A stretch of 63,734 nucleotides of DNA, counting the filler, from Craspedostauros australis (Eukaryota), in the NCBI GenBank assembly GCA_030167865.1. It is 11 parts of 11 records of this genome, joined end to end, with 100 filler letters (N's around TTAATTAATTAA, not from the genome) between each part and the next. Parts side by side here need not be neighbours in the genome. Positions count along the whole stretch, not along the records: positions 9,139 to 35,236 come from JALAGF010003032.1; 10 more parts are not named here. One strand, given 5' to 3'. Below are positions 22,320-35,236 of the stretch, piece by piece. Position numbers and translations under genes: made by a program. The first letter of the stretch is position 1; every line of letters begins with the position of its first letter. The notes beneath the pieces were generated by a model. That model saw only the letters and a list, made by a program, of their open reading frames with translations, was not told the DNA's origin and did not search any database.

Positions 22320-25160
22320 CACGAGATCCTATTGCATTCCTTTTATCCCGGAATGAACAGATTGACAATCATGAACTGCACGTGTTCGTGGTGCAAGCAA
22401 CAGCACCTACGCCCAGTCAAGATCAATGTCAATTGCAAACAAACGAAAAGGAAAGCAAGAAAGCTGACTATCCAACCCTGGGGGACTCTAGCTTGCTTCG
22501 AAACGATATGATAGAAGATATTCCTACATGTCATCCGGGCAGCTACTAGAATACAATGGGAGGGTGAGAATTTGCTTGAGCACTTGCCCAATCCGACCAT
22601 TGCAGCCTCGGGAGGGCGGTACTTTCCACTGCTCACAATGGCTCTCTACGGAGAGGCTACGATCTCTGCAGAGACGCTGCCATGTACGAGCAGAGTGCCC
22701 AAATGGCTGCACACTGCGCGGCATGGCCTTCGAGGGCTCTGCTCTCCTTGATTCCGCTGGAGACTGGTTCGGATTCTCAGCTACAAAATCGAATCTTCTC
22801 GGCACGCCATTACGGAAGTCCATCACTGACGTCAACGACCTTTACAAATACAGATGCTACACAAAAACAAATACTACCAACAACAACACAATACCAAGAC
22901 CCATGCTAAACCACCAAATAGACAGCGCTACATACCATCCTCAGCTCGTAGAGCGAATACTTGTGATCGCTCTCGTTTACGCTATTGCTCCTCGAGTTGT
23001 TCCTGCCATGACAGCTGGTGCCACGATAGCCGCTGTCGCTGATGCCAGTGTTCCTTCCTATCCTCCGTGTGGGGAGTGCCCTCTTGGCACGCACCAACCT
23101 CTTTGGCCGCGAAGTCCATCATCATGTGTCGGTTCGAACCAAAACGTGACAGAACAAGAACAGAAGAATTCAATCGATTGATGATTGTTCATCCTCTGCT
23201 CTTTCTTCTTCTCTTCTGGTTCTTGTCCAGCCATCTGTCGTTGAACGTCGCCGGATACAGTTGGGTGACGTCAAAGTGAAATTCTGTGACATCAAAAGAA
23301 CATGCCTGCACAGCCACACAATCTTTGACATCGTTCCCGAATCCGCAACTTCCCTCTGTTTTGATGACACACAAGGAAGACGAACTCCGCATTGGGACAA
23401 GACCACTACTCTCTGTCTCCGTACACCCGGACGCGTGGTCTTGCACGATCGTGGATCATCACCCCATGAGATCGACGAGCTACGGCTACGAACTACGAGC
23501 AGATCGTATTTATTGGATCGAAGATTCACTTGGCATCCGCTTGGTGCGAGGGAGCAAGAACCACTCCTTGAATTGAAATGAGAGATGTGCAATACGGATA
23601 GATGAAGCATGTTCTTGTTCAAGTTCAGCTTGTGTGATGGTAACCACTCCTACTCGTGCGAATGAAAAGGGTCATCCTTCTCATCCCCTCCGCTCAAGAA
23701 CATGACACGGCGCATGGCAACGCGTTTCGAGCACGTTCTTCCAATCGGAAGGACAGACGGGATTTGGTTTGGGCTTCAAGTTAGAGCAGTTGGGCGAAGG
23801 AGTCCGATACTCGCGGAGTGTGGGGCTCTCTCCACAGACAGATCAGAAAAGTCAGGTTAGGGCGGAGTCCCAGCGTTGAAGAACGACCAAAAGGAGGGGC
23901 ATAACGGCATTTGCAAGAAGGGAAGGAAAGTCGCAAACTCCAGAGATGATGGAGATTCGAGTATCGTGCACGACGTAAGCCAAACGGCAGCAATAGGAAT
24001 CAACAAGGTTGCTGCGTGTGGAGGCTGCATCAGCTTTGGATGCCACATACGTCGTCGTAAGAAAACGGCGTCGGAGCGAGAGATTCTACACTTCGAGTGA
24101 CATCAGGATTCTGTTTTCCAAAGTTACACAACTGCCGTGTTGCGGAGATGGTGTGCTTTGGTTTGTTGATTGGTGGTTGCGATCATCACAGACGCGTCCC
24201 TTTCTCCAACGAGGCTAGGACACGTGCCTCCGCCTGCCCAACAAAGATGATGAGGAATGACGTATTCTACTGGATGGGCATTCTGCGATGGATCTCCTCT
24301 CCGCTCCACACTCAACTCGCCATACTCGTACCATGTTGTCCAAGTGCAAAGACGAACCGGGGCCGTGCGTGCTGATCTACTGATCTACGCCACCATGCCC
24401 ACGTGTGGTACCAGTATTCCTCTGTCAATGTCAAGTTTGAATTTGTTCGCGGCTTGTGACGGACGCAACAGGACAGATGAGCGCGGCGGTTCTCGACTTT
24501 ACGATCTGTAGCGTTGGTATCGTTCCGCTTTCCTCCCGATACTCGTGCTTCCTGTTCTCGTTGTGGGCGACTTCGTGTTTGATGGTGTTAAACCTTCTCC
24601 CTTCACATGACAGCCACCAAGAAGCCGTCGATGTTTGCGTTGGGTGATCGGAGAAAAGGTCGCGTAACGCGAAGAGAGTGTTTGATCGTCGAATAGCGAA
24701 CGATTATAGTTTTCTGTGGCTATCGTTGATTGTATCTATACTTATCGTAGACTGAGTCAAGAAGAGTTAATCCATTGAGTCATGATCATTCCATTTGTTC
24801 GAGTACACGATTGACGTACGACCAAAACAGCAACGACAAGACGAATTTGACTGCGCGCAACTGACGCAAAACGGCGCGAGGACTCCAACCAACACACAAC
24901 ACACAACAGCGTTGTTCATTCACACACACAAAAGAGACAAAAGCGAAAGGAATCAGCATCAACCAAAGGAACGGGAGAAGAACCCAGCACACACCCGCAC
25001 ACGTCCGGACTACAATCGTGTCCAACAGAGACTGCAGCATCCATCATTCTCGGTGCAAGGAAGAGCGCATCATCGCACTGGTGCCTGCGAACGCGAACAG
25101 ACGACCCCTGTATCCTCACTGGAAATACGACTCTTTGTACATGCAGCACAGATATCGACG

Positions 25161-27200
25161 ATGGCAGACGAACAGGCGAACGTGGGAGGCGGAGGATCGG
25201 CGCAGGCCACCAAGGTCGCTGTGCAGTTCAAGAAGCTGCGCGACACGAACGACAAGTACAAGGATGTCCTCAAGCTGGCGAAGGAGCGCATTCAGGATCA
25301 GGAGGATGAAATCCGGCGATTGAAAGGTGCGTGGGTATTATTATAGAAGACAACCTATGGCACGGCATGGCATTGAAAACATGGGCATTGGATGCTCTTA
25401 TTGCTTGCCATCGTGGTGGATATGCGTTGGATACAGGTTGGATACAGGTTGGACGCAATCAGTCTCTGCAAGGACTCGGCACGACTGCGTAGATTGGCAT
25501 GTGTCGCAAAATTGCAACTCGGTCAATGCTCCCGAGTCAATGTGAGATAGAGCGACTCGGCATGGCATGATGTATGCGATTCTCTCGCCATTGGCATGAC
25601 CACACCGATCGGCGTCATCACTGGCTTGGTTTGGCTTAGCTTGGATCGTTTCATTTCGAATTCATTCCTTGAAAACTGACCTTGTCCTTCCTTCAAATCC
25701 GCGCTCATACTCGCATACGGCGCATCGCTACCTGCTCCTCCTCAACACACACAACAATACCATCATGCCATTATGCCATACATTCGAACGCAACCGAGGT
25801 AGAGGAATACAAACGCAAAAGCGAATCAGATGAGCGAGATTCGAACAGCATGTATGGGATGGACGATGCGGACGCAGTTGGCGACGCAGCAGAGCACAGC
25901 TGCACGATCGTTCGCGTGTGCCAACGGATATGCGTGGAATTGCTGCCGCACGAGGTCAACCCCAAAGGAGAGCGCAATGAGTACTGGGCGTTGGTAGAGT
26001 TTGAGGTGTACAATCCCGATCAGCCGGAGCACGTCGCGCCGAAGCGACTCAAGAAGTGGAAGCGGTTCGACGTCGAGAGCGATTTGCAAGACTTTGTGCG
26101 CCGGGATACGGGAGAACCCATTGTGCTGCCACCGCCATCGCTCACGCCACAGCAATCGGCACAGATCCAGGAGGATGCGGAAAAGAAGGTGTCCGAAATC
26201 ACGGAAGAGTTTCGCAGATTCCGAGTCAAGGCAGAGATGGGCCGCAAGCAGGCCGATCAGCACATCCGCGAATTGCAAAACTCCAAGGTCGAAACCACGA
26301 AGCGTCAGATCGAGGCAAACAACAGTCACAACAACAGTCACAACAACAGCAGCAGCAGCAGTAACATCGGCGGTATCAGCAGCAGCAACGGTCAAGGTGG
26401 TAAGAAGATTGGCGGGAATCGGTCAAACCAAAACAACACCGAGCTCGAAGAACTCAAGCTGGCCATGGCCAACCAGGAGGCGCAATGGAAGAGAGCGTAC
26501 GACATGCTGCTGGATCAAAATGAGATGCTGCAAAGCACGGGGTCGGAAGCCCTGCTGGCGTCGCAATGGCGCAATCGCTACGAAGCCATGCTGCGCGAGA
26601 AGGAGATTGTGGAGAACAAGCTCAGGGCACAGAAGTCTGGCAACGGCGACGAGGGCAAATTCGAAGAGAAGTATCGCGATCTGAAGGAATCCTTTCGGTT
26701 GTATCGCAAGAAGGCCAAAGAGATCTTCGAGGCCCAACAAAAGGGGGAGACTGGGGTACGTCGTTCTTCCTGTTGCCATTCTTGGTGGTGGCAGTGCTGC
26801 TGGTTGCCAGTGCCTGCTTGGTTCTGTGCCGTTCGTTCAGTGGTGCACGAGCGATGCCAGCGCTGTCTCCTTGTTCAACATCTCTCACCTTTATGCCGCC
26901 TCAACATTGCCACCTACGTTTATTTCTTGATCGTTTCACCTCGCAACGTTCCTCAACGATCACTTCATCGACACGTCGACACAACTGCAGCTGATCACAT
27001 TGTCCGATCCCACGGGAAACGGAGCCGAAGGCAAGCTGGATTACTTGCGGAACCTGATGGTGAATTACTTGATATCGGATTGGGAAACGAGGGAGAAGAT
27101 GGAGAATGCGATTGGAACTGTGCTGCAATTCACGCCGAACGACATCGCAAAGATCGACAAGAAGAAGAAGGACGACGAATACTGGAATTTGTTCGCGTAG
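25161..27200 (+). CDS. GRIP-domain coiled-coil protein (golgin-like), 3 exons (25161-25326, 25803-26755, 26991-27200)
   Basis: Coiled coils. Last exon DYLRNLMVNYL...REKMENAIGTVLQFTPNDIAKI matches the GRIP pattern. Introns are phase-compatible. Confidence 0.8.
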
Positions 27201-27807
27201 ACTACTCTCGCTCTGGAACACATACATACTGTTAACTTTAGTGGCCACCGCGCGAGTATTGACACACTTGGCAGGCTTACGCGTGCACCGAAGAAGAAAA
27301 GGAGATACTACGTGTGTGACATAATAGATGATATAGCAGCAACATGGGACGGCGGTGGATAAGAATATGTACCATTCTAAATTGGTTTGTTCCCACTGTA
27401 CCATTTGATACACTTTTTCACGGTGGCAATGCATCAATTATGATTGCCATGAGGATCCGTCCGTTTGCCATCCTGTCGAGTGAGTGAGTTGGTGAACGCG
27501 GCCACCAACGTGACGGATATCTGCGCACACAAGAGCAGTGCGACCTATTTGTTTGTTTGCTTGTACTTCGTTGAGTTGGCTGCGTTGCGTCATGCACTAT
27601 TATGATCAACAACATATGGCAGCCTTTGCTTGCGTGTGTATTCTATTCATGCTTTCGTCTTTTCTTGGACCCCGACAACGCAGAGGGAGGGAGAGAGAGC
27701 GGTGACGATGATGATGACGATGAAAGGAGGATGATGCACCCTCCGATCAATCTTATTTCGCCGCTTCATTGCATTGTTTGCACTCTTCTCGTGAGTTGTT
27801 TCCACGC

Positions 27808-28865
27808 CTATTTTCCATGGAATGGATCCACGAAGAGGCTGTCAGTCTCGCTGAAATCTTCAACGATCTTCTTGTCGTACTGTGGGAAAGCGCTGGACAG
27901 ACGTGCGGCTCGCATCTGCTTCACCTTGCTGGTGTAGGGACGGATGCCCAGGTTGAGCATTTGCGCGCTGTCATTTGATTGGCGTGTAGTCGTATCGTGC
28001 GGAGGAGGAGACAGAAAGAAAACGATGAATGGCACCGATGAGAATGAAAACGTGTGAGCAGTGAACGATGATCATTAACATACAGAGCGACGACATCAGC
28101 TATCGGCACGCAGTGCTCAACCGTTCATTGGCTGGACATGTTGAGACAAGCGCATCACAAATGCGGCATGGCATGGAGGATTGCGTAATGAATTGGCATG
28201 CAAAGAGTGACGTACCGCGAGAACTGCAAGCATAGTAACACGAAACTGATCTGCCCAAGCGGAGGTTCCATCCAGTTCCATGTCCAGCTTCCGACCTCCA
28301 GCCATGTCTCCAGGTCATGCGCGTCCGGCACTTCCGTCGTGACGTAGTACTTGTTGAACCAGGTTGCAGTTCCCAGATCGAAGACCATTGGGAAGGAGGC
28401 CGCGGCGGCAGCACATCCAAGCGACACACCGGCGATGTACGGGACGGAGATGAGGAGCATGCCCTCTTGGTTCTTCGCTGCCATGGTGTCGAAGGTCTTG
28501 CCGGCCTCCTCGTAGGAGACGTTGTCCACGCTCATGATGTGACGCTTGAGCAGCTCGGAACGCGCGTCGTGGTTGTCCATGTGCGCGATCAACACGAGGG
28601 TGTTGTTGTCCATCTGCGAGAATCCGGTCTCCACGCTGCGCGCCATCTCCATGGTCGGGACGTTGGATGGCTCCTTGGCCAGCGCCGACATGGCAGGTTG
28701 CTGCTTGACGCGGTTCTTGCGGTTGAAGCGTCGCACGGAAGGCGACTGGAAGCTGCGGCTGGTCACATCGGTGGTGCCCAAAGCGAAGGGACGTGCGGCG
28801 GCAACGGCGCGCGACATGTTGGCGCCCAAGATGCGCGTGGAGAATCTGGCTGTGGAGGAGATCAT
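27808..28865 (-). CDS. Putative mitochondrial two-TM protein, 2 exons (28865-28216, 27967-27808)
   Basis: R/S/A-rich presequence MISSTARFSTRIL, two hydrophobic segments, and a GT..AG intron joining LQFSR to AQMLNLGIRPYT. Confidence 0.75.
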
Positions 28866-29659
28866 CTTGAAGGCTGCAGTTGGACAAGTGCTCTGGACAG
28901 TAGTGGGAATGCGGGTGAGCTTGGTTTGTTGGAAGAGTAGACGATGCTGCACGTAGCGATGCTTGCTTGGATTAATGAGTTCGTGAGTGAGACAGCGAGA
29001 GTGGGAGAGTGTGGGTAATGCCTTGTGTGGACTGCAACCACGCGAACTACCATTCCCCACTGGTGGTGCGCCGATTCGGGTAATCTGGCGAGGAGGAAGA
29101 ACGAGGAACAGCGCGCCAACTTTGCGAAATCGTTCACGGACTCTATTTTCCTTCCGTTGGGTTGAGATTTCGCCGTACTTTCTTCCGAGGAATGGTTTTC
29201 TCGTTTGCGCCTCGCGTTTGTGCGTGTTGTTGGTGAGGAGAAAGACTTCTTCTCATTCGTGATTGAGTGGAGTACCGTTTCTGTGCACGACAACGAGGGT
29301 CACAGAGAAACCATTCCAGTCGTTCAGATGACCGATTCGTTCGAATAGAGAGTTACGGGAATGAAAAAATGTGATGTCCGCGACTCACGAGAGCGGTGAT
29401 GTGACAGAACTGGTCTGTTCTCTTTGTTTTCTGTTGGATTCGCAACACGCACACACAGAAGCGGAGACAGGCACCCAGATGATGGGCAGCGGCAATGGCA
29501 ATGGCGAGACGACAACGGCAGCGGCCGTGATGGAAGCCGAGGCTGAAGTCGCAATGTGTTGAGAGTCACCACCAAGGATCCATCACTATCAAACGATCTT
29601 GACCATCATCAAGGATCAGTTGCCATCGACGAGAGAGACAGTTCGCGCCACTGAATGAA

Positions 29660-31027
29660 ATGGAACGCCGTTCGCAGCCATCATCGTCCCGCAAAAATGT
29701 GTCATCGGATCCAAGACAGGTGCAGCCTGCCAACGTGACGGTTTCATTGGGAAAGCTGTCCCTCCGAACGCGCTTGGAAGCGTACTACGCGCAAGTGGCA
29801 CCGGACATCATCGCCGACAAACCTGCGTGGAAGGAACGGTTCGTGCAGATCTATGCCAAGTTCGGTGGGACGCAGGCGGGCGAGCACAAGCTGGCGATGA
29901 AGCTGCACAGGAAGTACGGGACGTCAGTCCGGTTGCAGCTTGCGATACCGTCATCCTTGGTGGCCGGCGATCAACACAAGCAACGCGCTGGTGTCAGCGC
30001 GTCTTCGACTGTTCGGGATGAAAGCTGGTACGATCTGCGACCAGACGAATGTAACAGCGGCAACCTCGATTTCACATGCGGCACGTTCGATCCGGTCGCC
30101 ACATTGCTGCGTGCACCCCAATCCAAGGTGGAACTGGCGAATCCCTTCGTTCCCAACTGCCCACGGCTGGATAGGGTGGACAAGTTTGCCGAGCATCTGC
30201 CGGCAGAGGACCCGTTGCGCAAAGAGCCGATCCTGCGCAAAACTACCATCGCCAACCACAATAACAACAACAAGGCAAATGACAGCCGCAATGCGACGAC
30301 AGCCGCGCGCAAACGCCAGCAAGGACCATTTCGCGCGGTGGCCTCCAACTATGAAACAGGACCATTTGCGACGTTGCACCGGCTGATGCACCAGCGCGTG
30401 CGGGTGCTGGTGCGATACGTCAACGGCATCCGCGGCACGGTCACGGGCAACTTGATGACGTACGATAAGCACATGAACATGATCCTGTGCAATGTGGAAG
30501 AAGTATACTCACCGCGGTATGCAGAACCAGATGCGGACAATCGGGTATCCAACATGGAACAGGAGTTGGCTCGGCGACGCAATGCCTTGCGAGAATGTTC
30601 GGGGCGGATCGAAACGAGCTGCCCGAATAGTGCCAAGAAGGATGGCACACAAGAAGTAAACAAGAACGATCCAATGATTGCAAATCAGCCCAACCCAAGC
30701 AGCAGCAGCAGCAGCAATAACAACACCACGACAAAATGGCACGTGCGTGTTCGGGAGATGAAGCAGATGATGCTGCGAGGAGATTCTGTCGTTCTTGTAT
30801 ACAAGGCAAACGAGGAACGTTCTTGCTGGCCGCAGACCAATCGATCACCGACGCAGTCAATCTACACAAAATCCAACACCAAAACTGTGCCACCGAATGA
30901 GAGAATAGGGTCGCCTGGATCGCTGGCGTATGCAATCAAACAAAGCCAACGGCAGCGAGATGCGATGCACGCCGCTGATAACGGCTCAGCATCGCATGGG
31001 GCCGCGCCTGCCGCGACAGATCCATGA
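29660..31027 (+). CDS. LSM11: LSM11-like Sm protein
   Basis: N-terminal LDFTCGTFDPVATL...PNCPRLDRVDKF. Sm1 GPFATLHRLMHQRVRVLVRYVNGIRGTVTGNLMTYDKHMNMILCNVEE is separated by a long insert from Sm2 REMKQMMLRGDSVVLV. Confidence 0.75.
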   Translation: MERRSQPSSSRKNVSSDPRQVQPANVTVSLGKLSLRTRLEAYYAQVAPDIIADKPAWKERFVQIYAKFGGTQAGEHKLAMKLHRKYGTSVRLQLAIPSSLVAGDQHKQRAGVSASSTVRDESWYDLRPDECNSGNLDFTCGTFDPVATLLRAPQSKVELANPFVPNCPRLDRVDKFAEHLPAEDPLRKEPILRKTTIANHNNNNKANDSRNATTAARKRQQGPFRAVASNYETGPFATLHRLMHQRVRVLVRYVNGIRGTVTGNLMTYDKHMNMILCNVEEVYSPRYAEPDADNRVSNMEQELARRRNALRECSGRIETSCPNSAKKDGTQEVNKNDPMIANQPNPSSSSSSNNNTTTKWHVRVREMKQMMLRGDSVVLVYKANEERSCWPQTNRSPTQSIYTKSNTKTVPPNERIGSPGSLAYAIKQSQRQRDAMHAADNGSASHGAAPAATDP

Positions 31028-31293
31028 TGAGCTTGGTTGGATTAGATCGAAAAAAGAGGAATGCTGTTGCGACAGCAAGCATGACACGCCCTGGCCGATG
31101 CAAGAAAACAAGATGTCGAATTACGAGCATGACAGCAACGAGAAGACCAACACCATTACTGGCATCACATTTTGTTTGTTTCATCGTCATTGTATCCATG
31201 CAATATGCAACGTTACATTCGATTATTTTCTAGTACGCCTACATCGCCGTTGGTTGATGGTGCTCAACGGCTGCTGCTATGATGATCTGGGGA

Positions 31294-33090
31294 TCATTTC
31301 TTTGATGATTGTCGACGGAACTTCCAAGTCAATGTGATTGGGTTGGCATTCTCCTCCGCACTGCTCTTATGGAAGATAGATTCGCAGACGTACGTCGCAC
31401 CGTCATCTTCCAAGTACCGCCTGCTTTCGAAGGCCCCGCCACCGTACTTCTTCACACCACGCAGCCATGATCGATGTACCGTGCCGCGTTCTGCCCACCA
31501 TGACTCTGCCGTGACTTGTTCCGAATCTGCCGTCAGCATTGGAACTTCCAACGCAGTGTAGTCATCGTTCTCGATGGAGGCCCCAGAGGCGACCAAGGTG
31601 CGGTCCCAAACACCTCGGGCATTCGTGGAATGCAACAGCAACGTTTTGCCATTTTCGGATTGCGTGATCTTTTCTGTCGTCATCGAGATGACGTTGAGAG
31701 CAACGGATCGAACTAAGAAGGGTTGCCCCAAACCTTTCAGATATTCATCATACTCCTTCTTGAATTCGTTTGTGACGATCACGATCCAGTCTCCAGAAAA
31801 ATCCACGTCGGGTGAGGAGATTGCCCATCGATTTCCATTTGGTGTGCCCATGCTTGTTTCTGTCACCTCTGCTGGCGTTGGACTATCATGCGGAGAAGGA
31901 TCTTTGTTTTCGATAGAGCTGGCATCGATCTCCGTCTCATCGACCGCATCAGTGGTTGAGATTCTGGAATCCGGACTCATCAACAACGTTTCAGTCTTGG
32001 CCACTGCCGCTTCGGCGAGTGAAACGGTTTTCTGCGGGGCACTGGGCAGTGCTGTGCCAATCGAATGCGCCGCCAATGTGCCATGCCCAATCCTCACCTG
32101 AGCTGTTGCCAGTGCATCATCATCATCATCATTGGCAATCACCGCAGAGTCACGAAGAATGGTCATGTTCATTGGGCGCGATTCGTTCGTTCGCTCTTGT
32201 GTCTGCGGCGCGGCGCTTTCACCAAGTGGCACGGTGTCCGAGTCATCTTGATTCGCTTCCTCAATGCTATTGGATGTCAACATACGAAGTGACTGAGACA
32301 ATAACTTCTGCAAAGTCGTTGAGGATTGGTTCATCCATTTGTGGTGCGTACTCGCAGGTATGGTAGCACCGGCAATGGTTTTCGTCGAAAGCAATGTTCG
32401 TACAGAGTTTATGCCCAGAATAGAGATGGCGCGAATAGAGTAATCGAATGAGTGAGACAGGAAATGGCACGAAAAGAAACCGCTGATACCTTCAAGCGAC
32501 CCGATGGATCCATGACATGCACTACAGCGTGAGAACTTACGAATGGGATCAAGAACAATCGGATAATCCTTGCAAGGACTCGTTGTCTTCGGTTGCTGTT
32601 CTTCTTGGATTCATCGGGCGGCAGAGGGGGTTGAGATGACGAAGTCGAGAACAGCGTCGTGGTTGGTTTGATTGGCGATTCTTCGACAATCGCCAGCACA
32701 GTTGATGTTGCTGCGGGCGTTGCTGTCAACGACGAAGTGCTGGAGGAGCTGCTGCTGTCGTTTCTGCGATCGACCACAGCACTTTCATCCGTATCCCAGG
32801 CAACGCTTCTGACTTTCAGCTTCCATCGTTGGCCACGGTAGCTGGCATCACTCACGTCGTCGATGCTGTTGCTGCCGATGCCGCGATGGATGTCGATGGA
32901 CTGGTGATGAATGGGATGAGATCTGGGCAGGCATCTCGCAACGTTCATCGTGCAAAAGCGAGCTTGACTTGATGACGGTTGTGCAGCTCCGATGTTCAGA
33001 CCATGGACGAAGGATGGATGCGACCTGCATGTCAGAAGCACGGCCAATGCCGATGCCAGCAAAGGCAGTAGTGAAGATGACGACAGGACT
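31294..33090 (-). CDS. Signal-peptide protein with C-terminal FABP/lipocalin-like domain; start codon missing; probable intron 32540-32308
   Basis: DFSGDWIVIV...EYDEYLKGLGQPFLVRSVA resembles the FABP N-terminal GxW and helix-turn-helix motif. Signal-like LLPLLASALAVLL has no in-frame ATG before the TGA at 33140-33138. Confidence 0.6.
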
Positions 33091-35236
33091 ACTAGTGAAG
33101 CTGACAGCGGATCACGGGGAAGATGTGGCAAGGGTATTCACGTCCATGGCAAGAGTTGAGGCACAGACAATGAGATGGGACGAGGAGACCAAAAGAGTGA
33201 TTTCGGAAAAAGATCGAGAAGTCGAAGCGGCGATGGAAGGGGATGAAGACATGCACTTCAAGACGGACAAAGAAGAAGACGAGGGGAGTGAAGACGAAGC
33301 AGAAAGGTGGGAGTCCAATATCAGAGAAGAAAAGGATTTCGGCGAAGAGGACACGATCCCGTCAATGCGAGACAAGAAGGCATGGAGACAAATTAAGGAG
33401 AAACGGGCAGAGAAACGGAAAAAGGCACAGAAGGCAAGAGAGGACGAAGGATCAGTAGCGTCATCACTGACGGGAAGCAGCAAAAGGACAACAGAAACAC
33501 AGCGAGAGAAGGTCGCAATGCTGCAGGAGCAGATGGGAAGGATCCTGGACGCACAGACACAAGGATCTGTGACCTCAACTTTGTCGGGCAGCACAGGCAG
33601 AACGACAGGGACCACAAGAGCGATGATGGCGGCGATGCAACAGCAAATGGAGGAAATGAGGACGATGCTGGCGAATACACAATCCGAGAACGAGAAGCTC
33701 CGATCGGAAGCGTGTACCCAGCCAACAACCAACGACGTAAGGCCACGGACGGTCCAGTGCGAACAGAAAGCTATCGAAAGGGGTGACAACCTGGACGAGG
33801 TGCACGACAAAAGAAGCGACGGGGACTCGGAAGAGGACCCGGAAAAGGGTTAGACCTAACGGGCAAGGGCAACAGTTGGTGGAAGCACAACGACAGACCC
33901 AGAGCCCGGAACAAGCGCCCACAATAGAGGCCGTTATACCGCAACGGACTCGACGTGGAGAGGATGAAAGGGAACAAGGAAGGAGGAGGACGAACAGGGT
34001 GAGGAGGACGATGCTGAGGAAGCAAAAAGGCCAACTGCGAATAGGACTACAAAACTTCGGGGGGCTAGGAAGACGACCAGGGGACGTGGATGAAGGACTG
34101 AAGCAATGGATGAACGAAGGGGAATTTGATGTATTCGGGATCACGGAAGTCAACGTGGATTGGAGAACGACGACGACGGAACACTCGCTCAAAGGAAGAA
34201 TCAAGGAGTGGTGGCCAACCGGCACATCGGTGGCCAGAACCGCAAACAACCAAACCAACGAGCCAACGTACAGCAAACAATGGGGCGGGGTGGCGATGAT
34301 AAGCCGGTTCCAGGCAGCAATAAGAATCATGGAGCAAGGCGAAGATGCAACGCGACTGGGCAGGTGGGTATGGCAACGGTACCGAGGGGCGAACCAACAA
34401 ACACTCCGGGTAGCAACGGCATATCGGCCGTGCCGACCGCGAAGCAAGGGATTTCTCAACACGCACGCACAACAGAGACGATACTTCAACGAGAGAAACA
34501 TGGAAAAGGAACCAAGGGCGGCGATGATGGAGGACCTACAAACGGAGGTGCAGAAGTGGAAGCAGAGCGGAGATCACATTATCGTGATTATGGACTGCAA
34601 CGAGGACACCGACTCGACGACCATGAGGCAATTCCAATCCGCAACAGGGTTAGTGAATGTCATGGAGAAAGCAGGGGGGGATGTGCGCCGGACGCCGACA
34701 CATAGGCTGGGCAAAGTCCCGATCGACGGGATATTTGCATCCATAGCCGTGACCGTGGAAGGCGCAGGAGTGAGCGACTGGGACGAAGGGATCCAGATGA
34801 AACAAGCAGACCACCGGTGTCTGTGGGTTGATATCAGCATGGAGGCGGTGCTTGGACAATCGATGCCGTCGTTACGAAAAGCGGTATCGAGGCGTGTCAA
34901 GACGGAGGATCCACGCATCGTACAAAAATTCAACGAGAAGTATGAAGCATACCTGAAGCAACACAAGGCGCGGAAGCGAGCGTTTCAACTGGAGAAGCAG
35001 GCGTCAGAGATGTGGACAGCGGCGATGGAGGCAGAGGCGGAAGCATTGGATCAAGTACGAGTGCAAGGGATTTGGCAGGCGGATAAGGCATGTCGAAGAT
35101 TACGCATGGGAGGCATACCGTATTCCAGAGAGTACAAGATGATCGAAGCCGCGATAGGGCTATGGAATAACATTGCACGGAAGCGACGAGGGATGAAGGT
35201 GTCGTCAACTACGATCGTGCGATTGGCCAAGAGAGC
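33070..35236 (+). mobile_element. Non-LTR retrotransposon (Ambal-like), 5'-truncated: ORF1 3' part (to 33853) and ORF2 APE endonuclease, cut by gap
   Basis: APE motifs LRIGLQNFGGL, DVFGITEVNVDW, RLGRWVW, LRVATAYRPC, IMDCNED, THRLGKVPIDGIF, DHRCLWVDI. Purine-rich coding strand. Paralog at 53607-55801. The 5' boundary is approximate. Confidence 0.88.
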
